Positions 11,455 to 20,682 of a stretch of 64,000 nt of DNA are shown here, piece after piece. The stretch comes from Antedon mediterranea. Taxonomy: Eukaryota > Animalia > Echinodermata. Made by a program: the position numbers and the translations under genes. Location: the NCBI RefSeq assembly GCF_964355755.1, contig NC_092671.1, positions 13,516,001 through 13,580,000 on the forward strand, in the 5' to 3' direction. A model generated the notes under the pieces. The model was not told the origin of the DNA, made no database searches, and saw only the letters and a list, made by a program, of their open reading frames with translations. The stretch's first letter is position 1; each line of letters opens with the position of its first letter.

Positions 11455-13720
11455 AGTTCCTGTACATTTTGTACAAAAATTGGCAAATTTCAACCATCAT
11501 GCGCAGAATCATTTAATATGTTATATAGTATATTTGTTGACATAACTGGTTACTATAGGGAAATTTTAGTAACCAATTATGGCAAAAATAGGAAGGTTGA
11601 AATTTGGCCATTTTTCTACAAAATCCCTGTACTATTGTACAGAAAAATGGCCAAATTCCGACCCTTTTATTTTTTGACATAAGTGGTACTATATCATAAT
11701 TAACATGCGCAGAATCATATAATGTGTTCTGCGCATGTTAATTATGATATAGTAACCAATTATGGCGAAAAATAGAAAGGTTGAAATTTGGCCATTTAAA
11801 AAAAAAAAACTTGTACAAGGAAATTTTCGAAAAAGGGCCGAATTTTGACCCTTTTATTATTTGACATAATTGGTATTATATCATAATTGACATGCGCAGA
11901 ATAATATAATGTGTTCTGCGCATGTTAATTATGATATAGTAACCAATTAGGGCGAAAAATAGAAAAGTTGAAATTTGACAATTTTTTAACAAAATCCCTG
12001 TAATTTAGTACAGGGAAATTTTCGAAAAATGGCCGAATTTTGACCCATTTATTATTTGAAATAATTGGTACTTTATCATAATTGACATGCGCAGAATCAT
12101 ATAATGTGTTCTGCGCATGTTAATTATGATATAGTAACCAATTATGGTGGAAAAAAAAGAAAAGTTGAAATTTTGCCATTTTTTAACAAAATCCTTGTAA
12201 TATAGTACTGGGAAATTTTCAAAAAATGGTCAAATTCCGACCCTTTTATTTTTTGACATAATTGGTACTATACCATAATTTACATGCGCAGAATCATATA
12301 ATGTGTTCTGCGCATGTTAATTATGATATACTGTAGTAACAAATTATGGCGAAAAATGAAAGGTTGAAATTTTACCATTTCTTGAAAAAATCTCTACTAT
12401 AGTACAGGGAAATTTTCGAAAAATGGCCAAATTCCGACCCTTTTATTATTTGACATAATTGGTACTCTATCATAATTGACATGCGCAGAATCATATAATG
12501 TGTTCTGCACATGTAAATTATGATATAGTAACCAATAATGGCAAAAAATGAAAGGTTGAAATTTGACCATTTCTTGAAAAAATCTCTGTACTATATAGTA
12601 CAGGGAAATTTTCGAAAAATGGCCGAATTCCGACCCTTTTATTATTTGACATAATTGGTACTATTATCATAATTGACATGCGCAGAATCATATACCAATG
12701 TGTTATGCGCATGTTAATTATGATATAGTAACCAATTATGGTGGAAAAAAGAAAAGATGAAATTTTGCCATTTTTTAACAAAATCCTTGTAATATAGTAC
12801 TGGAAAATTTTCGAAAAATTGTCAAATTCCGACCCTTTTATTTTTTGACATAATTGGTATTATACCATAATTTACATGCACAGACTCATATAATGTGTTC
12901 TGTTAATTATGATATAGTAACCAATTTATGGCGAAAAATAGAAAGGTTGATGTTGGCCATTTTTTAAAAAAAATCCTTGTAATATAGTACAGGGACATTT
13001 TCAAAAAATGGTCAAATTCCGATCCTTTTATTTTTGACATAATTGGTAATATACCATAATTTACATGCGCAGAATCATATAATTTGTTCTGCGCATGTTA
13101 ATTATGATATAGCATGGAAACCTCCATGGATATAGTAACCAATTATGGCGAAAAATAGAAAGGTTGAAATTTGGCCATTTTTCCAAAATTTCCCTGTACT
13201 ATAGTACAGGGAAATTTTCAGAAAATGGCCAAATTCCGACCCTTTTAATTTTTTTTTACATAATTGGTACTATATCATAATCGACATGCGCAGAATCAAA
13301 TAATGTGTTCTGCGTATGTTAATTATAGTAACCAATTATGGCGAAAAATAGAAAGGTTGAAATTTGGACATTTTTTGAAAAAATCCCTGTACAGTGAAAT
13401 TTTTGCTATGAGAAATGTGTGAGAAAGGTGCAGCTTAGGAAAGAATGGAAATTCATGACAGCCAATCTGCTTCTTGTGGAGGACACGTCGACAGGTAACA
13501 GGACATTTTCGAAAAATGGCCGAATTTCGACCCTTTTATTTTTTGACATAATTTGTACTATATAATAATTGATATGCGCAGAATCATATAATGAGTTCTG
13601 CGCATGTTAATTATGATATAGTAACCAATTATGGCAAAAAATAGAATGGTTGAAATTACTACTGTACAGGGAATGTGACACAGAATCACATGATTTGATA
13701 TAGAAACCAGTTATATACAA
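11455..13720. repeat. Satellite array of ~195-bp units, each built from two inverted ~97-bp halves (~11 units)
   Basis: Symmetry centre catgcgcagaa-tcatataatgtg-ttctgcgcatg recurs near 11704, 11891, 12086, 12283, 12480, 12677, 12874, 13063, 13285 and 13573 (partial at 11498 and 13677), alternating with a second centre ccctgtactatagtacaggg. Confidence 0.95.
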
Positions 13721-13898
13721 AATATCCACTTTTTAAAATATGTATTGAGGTAACATGGTAGATCAAATTATGTCACATTATAAAATAGTATAATGTTGAC
13801 GATGGTAAGGCAATATACAGTACTGTGCACATATGCCAATATTAGTGCATATTATAATCCATAAACACTAATAGACAAAATTCTTCACTTAGTCCAAA

Positions 13899-13904
13899 TT
13901 TATT
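13899..13904 (-). terminator. Candidate distal poly(A) signal of the cpo/RBPMS-like gene
   Basis: AATAAA on - followed by GT/T-rich tgtctattagtgtttatgg; 13900-17034 is U-rich on the - strand, as expected for a 3'UTR. Confidence 0.45.
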
Positions 13905-15344
13905 AAAATAGAGAACTGTAAAATTGACATACAATTATGGATGGAAATAGTGAACACACAAATTCTCTCGTTTTTTAGAAACTGCAGTTTACAGTTTATG
14001 AAAAACAAGCATTGTTTTTTTTTAGTTCAGAGATCAAAACTGGTAAATTAATGTATAAAGCTACACTTTTCCTGGCCTTTTTTTTTCTCAATATATCACT
14101 GCTCGATTATACATTAGTTGAGAAACATGTTCAGCTATGACACCAGTATATTAGCACACACCCATACCTAGTCTCAGGAGGCCATGTATATTTATTCTAC
14201 ATTGCATACTTTAAACTTGAATGAAAAATAGCACAAAACCACTCAATTCCAAGCTGTTAACAATATTTTTGGTCTCTTGGACGTAGTACAAATAGCTAAA
14301 CATTAAATTCACCTCCAAAATAGAACATAAATTCTCATTTCTATGATATATTATATGTTCTTATCTAATTAAATAAACACAAAATCGTATTTTAAGAAAA
14401 TAAGTGAACATATTAAAAATTCACAAAGAAAAATAAAATGTCTAGCAATTACAATAAATAAATTTTACTTAATACCACTACTACACCAAAAAATTACTAT
14501 AGTGTATATACATAGTACATTTTTATTTAAAAAATTAAATATTTTACTTCTTTGAATTGATTTCCAATAGACTTTAATCAGCCTCTTTTTGAATCAGTTC
14601 GAACCTCTTTATAATTTTATCCTACTAGAATAGAAATATACTATTTTGTTGTTAGCCCTATACACACTAACTGAAATATACCCTGGTATAACAAATGAGG
14701 TACAATAAGTCACATTTAAATTAACAATGCAAGTTTCAACAACCCCAAGTTGCAAGATGACATTCTATAAAAACTTTTCAGCATTAGCTGTAACCAAGAC
14801 AACCTTGCATGTATTTACCAATTTCTATAAAGTTGACAATTGGTACAGTCGATAGTGTACCTAGTTCTCTGTGCCGACAACATGATCGACCTTGTGATTA
14901 GAAACAATGCATTACATGCTTAGTCGACTGTGCTGCTAGCCACCACATATTGAAAATACTACTTCACATGCACAGATAATCATGGCAATAGAAAATATTT
15001 GAATTATGGAAACGGTTGACTGCCAAAAGCCTCACTAGACAGTTCTGCAGAATGACTTGTGTGGAAACTTTTTTTCATAAACTTGAATACAAAATTACTT
15101 GAAAACAGTAACTGTTGCTCTTTTTCCCTTCTAAAATGAGTTTTTACAGTAACTGAATTAAGGTTTTAGATAATATTTATCTCTGGTATACAGTATTTTT
15201 GGTATAATTCTGCTGTACTTTTACCACATTACAAACATTTCTAAGATTAACCCTGTTGGCATTCACAGTGTTATATTAACATCAATATCATCAATGATAT
15301 TCATTTAGTAGTCAGTTAATTTAGTAGTCAGTTATATCTAAACT

Positions 15345-15671
15345 CAGTGGTGGCGCCAGCAGGGGGTCTGGGGGGGGGGGGCCAGAGCCCCTGTTGGGGA
15401 GAGCTGCCCCCCCCCCTCGTCGGGGGAGGATTGACCGTGCTTGTCGGGGAAAAAATATGATATTCCCTAACAAAAATAAAACAATAACCTATAGCGTGGT
15501 CCGACAACAATTTTCGGGAACCTATTTTTGCACCCACTAACCCAAGACCTTAGTGATGCGGCTGGCTCCATCACTAGACCCCCTAGACAACCCTATCCGA
15601 TGGATACTAGGTCTTCACGCATCCTCCCCTCCTTCCTCCCCCGGTCGGAGCAAATCCTGGCGCCACCACTG
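15345..15671. mobile_element. hAT-like MITE (327 bp) in the predicted cpo 3'UTR
   Basis: Perfect 15-bp TIR CAGTGGTGGCGCCAG; flanks tctaaact/cctaagct (6/8 match, degenerate 8-bp TSD); GC-rich interior with long G and C runs. Confidence 0.88.
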
Positions 15672-17034
15672 CCTAAGCTTATTATACGCCTTCACCAACT
15701 AAGCTTCATCAACCCCAACAAAATGATATGCACAACACACATTTTATCTAAAACTACGTTCATACAACAAATAACGGTTTAAATTATATTCTAAATAAAC
15801 AAATTCATTTGTAAAACTTGTTTTTAAAGAAATTATTCTTCTTTAATAAACATAATTCAATTATAGAAACCATCAATGAAGCAATTCATAGACAAAATAC
15901 AAACTGACCCAGCTTCACGGGCATAATTTTTAACTGAAACAGGCACTAATAATAAATAAATTATAATAAAATATAACTGTATTACACAATACAGCTTAAA
16001 TGAGAAGTTAAACATTATTAACTAAAAAGGCACTAATTGTAAGAGACAATAACAGGCACTGTTTGGAAATGAAATAAAAAAAATAAATAAAACAGGCACT
16101 AAATAATGACTGAAACAGCACTACTATTAATTGAAAAAAGCACCATAATTTATCAGATGATTTTAATGTATTTACTCTATTTGCAATCTTTTTAATGGCA
16201 AGCGTAAGCTTATTAAAAGTACATTAAACAGGGAGTTTATCAAAACAGAAAAAAAAAACAAAAGCCAATATAAAATAATTGCACTGGCAGTATCTACCAA
16301 GAATTGCAATCAATTGACAACATCATCAACAATTGCAAATACAAACAGTACTAAATAAAAAATATTTTCCTTTCTTTTTTCTACTAAATATACAGAGAAA
16401 CTTGAATACATTAGCACACAGACCTATCTATCCACTCCGTTGAAATTTGTGTACCAAACTCTTATTTATAAAAAAATTCAACTTTAAATTCAATTCAAAA
16501 TTGTGCTTTTAAATGCATTCTAACATTAAATAGTAAAAATCTAACTAATTGTATTTAGTCTGTTATGTCCCACCCTCATCAATATAACTATATCATAATC
16601 ATACTAGATTTGAATTATTAAAACAATAAATTCCAAATTTTGAATTTGATAAATCACCCAGTAGTGAACCAGTTACCTACAGGTCAATAAAAAAGGTGCA
16701 ACATTAACTAATGGACAATATTGCGAAACCAGGTATAACAAATCTGAAATTATAACTAATATATATAAATTAATTTAACCAGTAATAAAAATCAGTGCAG
16801 CCTACCTAATTACAAAACTAACTAACATAATAAATTAACTGCCGGTAACTGATCCAATTGGTTTTAATTTTAAATCAGTTTTATACATTGATGTAAATAA
16901 TCGCACATACAAACATCACAACTTGATGACGCAACATCACCGATGCTCTCTCAGTGGTAATTATACAATGGCATAGAATTCAAGTACTTTTAACAAGCTA
17001 GGGCTATTTACAATTGCCATAGCGATGCAGTGGA

Positions 17035-17097
17035 TCACTGGAATAGAACTTGAGGTTGTCCAGGTGACTGACGTATGGCGAGTTCAAGCCTCTTGGG
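17035..17097 (-). CDS. cpo: couch potato/RBPMS-family protein, terminal coding exon of the two-RRM isoform
   Basis: ttttttttcag acceptor; PKRLELAIRQSPGQPQVLFQ-TGA; phase 0 matches the upstream exon. Confidence 0.75.
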   Translation of the reverse strand, partial: PKRLELAIRQSPGQPQVLFQ

Positions 17098-17159
17098 CTG
17101 AAAAAAAAATGTATAATGTTATATAATATACCACATTACGAGATGATCTGGATTTGCAA

Positions 17160-17350
17160 ATACAATCATGCAAGGCACTGTACCAGGTGGGAGGAAGAGA
17201 AAGATCCAAGAAACACTGGAAAGACAACATTGAAGAGTGGACCAAACTGACTCACAATAAGACACTGAGGATTGCGAAGGACAGGGCCACATGGAGGAGA
17301 GTTGTTAAATCCCTGACATCCCCTAAATGGCTAAGAGCAAAGTAAAGTAA
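17160..17350 (+). mobile_element. 5'-truncated 3' end of an RTE-like non-LTR retrotransposon in the last cpo intron (antisense to host)
   Basis: GGRERSKKHWKDNIEEWTKLTHNKTLRIAKDRATWRRVV resembles the RTE-clade ORF C-terminus (GR.R..W.DNI.EWT....A.DR..WR); ends in a short tandem tail aaagtaaagtaa. Confidence 0.75.
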
Positions 17351-17393
17351 TTAATATACAGCTATATCCCATATATAAAAAATGTATAATTAC

Positions 17394-17501
17394 TTCTCCC
17401 ATGTTAGCTTTTGCAAATTCCACACGAAGGCCACCTCGATCACTGCTTCGCAACACAGCACCTTGCAGTTGTGCGAAAGCTTGGCTAGCAAAGGCAAAGT
17501 T
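17394..17501 (-). CDS. cpo: cpo/RBPMS-family exon, RRM2 C-terminal part
   Basis: NFAFASQAFAQLQGAVLRSSDRGGLRVEFAKANMGE (LQG..L.SSDRG..R.E.AK motif of Cpo/MEC-8 RRM2); ttttcag acceptor, GAA|gtaatt donor. Confidence 0.93.
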
Positions 17502-17698
17502 CTGAAAAGAAAAAAAAGTAAAAAATTAGATACATTTTACTTACTTAAGTTCATGGCATTATTTTTTTTCTGCTCAATTTTGTACCAAAAAATCTGGTCT
17601 TTGAATGTCATATGTCACATATGTTTGCATTCCTTGAGTTTTATATTCAAAATAAAACAAGAAATTCTAAAATAAAATTTTAGGATCAATGAACTTAC

Positions 17699-17768
17699 CT
17701 GAAATTCAACAAACACACACTGAGCACCGTTTTTGTTATGCATACGTAATCGGCTAAAGCCGGGGAGG
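17699..17768 (-). CDS. cpo: cpo/RBPMS-family exon, RRM2 beta2-beta3 (RNP1)
   Basis: (G)LPGFSRLRMHNKNGAQCVFVEFQ; ttaacag acceptor, CAG|gtaagt donor. Confidence 0.95.
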
Positions 17769-18171
17769 CTGTTAAAGAATAGATAATTTGCATTAATAGA
17801 CACAAGTAAAAACTGGCAATGTTTGCTGTCAAGTTCATATTACATAGAGACAGGAATATAGAAAAGAGAAGAATAAATATACATATATATATGCAAAGAT
17901 AATAATATATTAAGCCTATTGTTGATTTTTTTTTTTTTCACTTACATTAATATACATACGGTATACATATCTACACAAATATTGTATTGCAAAAGTGATG
18001 TGAAGTGCAATAAGTTAGTAACCAATCTAATGGTTTCCTAGACAGCACATTCTTGCTTATGTCATTTTAGTTGTGCTTTTGTGTTGCTTTCAGTTAACAC
18101 AAATGAAATTAAACCATATTATGTAGTGAATTTGTCAAATATGCCAGATGTTTCCAAGAACGGTTACATAC

Positions 18172-18247
18172 GCATTCCAAAAGAACAAGACGGGTACTTT
18201 TTGGTGATATTTTAGTTAGCAAACTGTGAAGAGTTTTAAGCATGCCA
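18172..18247 (-). CDS. cpo: Candidate alternative exon (mutually exclusive with 17699-17768, poison, or terminal to a stop at 18109)
   Basis: Strong pyrimidine tract tttctgctttttttctctacccatttcatattag; in frame with the upstream exon; donor TGC|gtatgt; same 2-to-0 phase as the downstream RRM2 exon. No homology support. Confidence 0.4.
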
Positions 18248-18591
18248 CTAATATGAAATGGGTAGAGAAAAAAAGCAGAAATGAAATCGTTTTCAAACAT
18301 CTCAATAATGCTATTTTAATCCAAAATAAAGATGAGATAGTGAGGCAAAACCAGTGATATATTTAAAATGACTTTCGGCCTGATGGTAAAAAAAATACTG
18401 TTACTGCCCTCTATAGGTTAATAATACAATAATAACTGCCTAATACTGTACTCCCTTTATGCCTTACCAGATTGAAATTTAATCTATTTTTATTAAAATT
18501 AATCATAAGAACATTCCAAATTGAATTGTTGTTTATCAGGGTGTTGACTGGGAAGAGGACGATCGATGGAAGAAATTGTTATTTGACTCAC

Positions 18592-18755
18592 CCGCTCATT
18601 AAATCTCTCAGTTCTTGTTCTGTAGTGCTCGTCCCAAGGTTTGCGATAAAGAGGGTGGAGCAGTGCGCAGCCATCGCCGTCATGACCGGGAGGGCAGGCT
18701 GTGGTAGGGGGGTGTGTGGATGGGGGTGTGCAATGGCAGGATGTGTGGGGTGGGG
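18592..18755 (-). CDS. cpo: cpo/RBPMS-family exon, Pro/His-rich linker and start of RRM2
   Basis: PHPTHPAIAHPHPHTPLPQPALPVMTAMAAHCSTLFIANLGTSTTEQELRDLMS (CSTLF.ANLG = RNP2 of Cpo/MEC-8 RRM2); ttgacag acceptor, GG|gtgagt donor. Confidence 0.95.
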
Positions 18756-20631
18756 CTGTCAAACCAAAAGAAAAAAAAAGTGATCAGTGTGGCAACAGTT
18801 ACAAACGAGGCAAATAAGAAAAAAAATGTAAACACTCCAGATAATTGAGACGATTAATAAAGCTATACCGAGAGTCAATGAAACTAAACTCGGTTAGAAA
18901 GACAAATAATAAGTACTTGCATGAAATATATTATATATAATTATAATGGTGTTAATTTAGCACAGTCATGGATGATATATCAAGTACAAATAACAACATA
19001 AATATATAATGTTAGTAAATGTTGGTTAAGCATTCAAAAATTAATCATTTCTAAAAGCATACACATCATAATTCCTAGCTTATTATCATGTAAACCTTTA
19101 TATCAAAATATAGGACAAAGGACAAGGTGTGTAACGAAGCAGAGTTTAATTCAGTTATTAGTGGAATTGATGTTTTAATTATGGATAGTGTGATTACATT
19201 AACTCATCACTATGAAACCAACTTAATTTAAGAGTCAAGTTGATTGATGAATAATGCCATGAACCTCATCATCACTATTTTTTGAAAAAAACTGTTCTTT
19301 TGATATGACAAGTTTTTATTCAAGCAACATTTAAGGCAAATGTGAAGGAACTAAAATTAATTATTCCTTTTTTATGATGAGTATAAATGTTTGTTTAAGA
19401 ATTATATATTAACAAACACTATAGAGACGTAACAAACACTATTACTATATAAATATTTATTTTAGTAGTATTTTCAATACTTATTGTCAATTTCATTGTC
19501 ACAACACAGTGTATACAGAATCTAAAAATTCTAAAAATAACAGTGCTACTGAGTAGAGAATTATAATAGCGACAAAACGTTTACAAGACCACAATTAGGC
19601 CTACTGACTGACGGCAGAAAATAAACAAATAAATAAAAAGGTAGATTTTTACAAATTAGAAGTTGTAGTTGTAGCATTTCATAATGAAAAATATATCGAC
19701 AATACCATTGTCTATTTGGGATACCTAATTATTAGTCGCACTGAGTAATTGATTGAAAGCAGCCTATGTAAAAATCTCGCTTTTAAAAAAAGGGAATGCG
19801 AATGCGATACGGATTGTGCTTTCATTTATATGATGCGAATAAGTGCTTTTTTTTGTAATTGGTGATTCAATGTTCATTGTGCGGTGCCAATATTGTTGCA
19901 GCAATGACGTGACTACCGATACTGATGGTGACAATGAGTGTAATTTGTCGTTGTTTGTAACAAAGGAGAGCGATATTGTGACATAAAAAGTGACAACACA
20001 GGTTTGTCAGTGAAAGCGGGATAGCCGCATTTCAAGACGTTGAAAATCTGCGTGATTTGTAAATAACCATGTGATATAATAATAAGAGTTGATCAATATT
20101 ATTTGTGTTATCAATTGATTTGAACGCCATGCTTGCGATAATATATTTATTACATGTGTATATCTGAAGACTGACAAAATATCTACAAGACATGGGGGTG
20201 TGGGAAGGCCTACACTACATTTTGTTTTGCAGTTTGCAGTAAAAAGACCCTACTCCGTAATCTGAATGGTTTCAATTCGTTTTATTATTCCATTAGTATT
20301 ATAGTCCTGAAATATAATAACATGAAATTAATTTCTGGGACACGATACAATTTGGATAATATATTTATTATTATTATTATTTATTCAGGCAAAACATTTC
20401 ACTCTTCAATTTTTCAATCGAAGAGTGAAATGTTTGTAGAAATGTTATTAGTTTTTAACTTTATTGTTATGATGAATTCAGCTATATAGCCTCATCTCAT
20501 TCAATTTATTTTCAGATTATATTGATATTTTGTACAGAAAGAGAAAAAAAAGCAAGCCTACGTGAAAACTATCAACTAACTTAGTAACAATAGGACAGAG
20601 AAAAAGGCTATTGGTAGCCCAGTAAACCCAC

Positions 20632-20682
20632 CTTCCCTCGCAAAGCTATTGCCCCAGGAACACCTGGTGTTAGAGCTTGTGG
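20632..20682 (-). CDS. cpo: cpo candidate 51-nt cassette exon or alternative terminal exon
   Basis: ttttctctgccag acceptor; PQALTPGVPGAIALRGK; AAG|gtgggt donor; phase 0-0. Reading past the donor gives VGLLGYQ-TAG (20608). Confidence 0.65.

Noticed and set aside
12518-12781. 87-aa ORF on - strand
   Set aside because: Lies wholly within the satellite; chance open frame.
11455-13720. Palindromic repeats at regular spacing resembling a CRISPR array
   Set aside because: The intervening sequences are themselves repeated rather than unique spacers, the context is a eukaryotic intron-containing locus, and there are no cas genes.
17005-17037. Stop-codon readthrough of cpo TGA
   Set aside because: Context TGA-TCC is not the CUAG motif and another stop follows within 9 codons.
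18472-18783. 103-aa (+) and 87-aa (-) ORFs
   Set aside because: Antisense or alternative-frame shadows of the true cpo exon 18592-18755.
20250-20268. ttcag|ATTACGGAGTAG as a micro terminal exon of cpo
   Set aside because: No polypyrimidine tract upstream of the AG.
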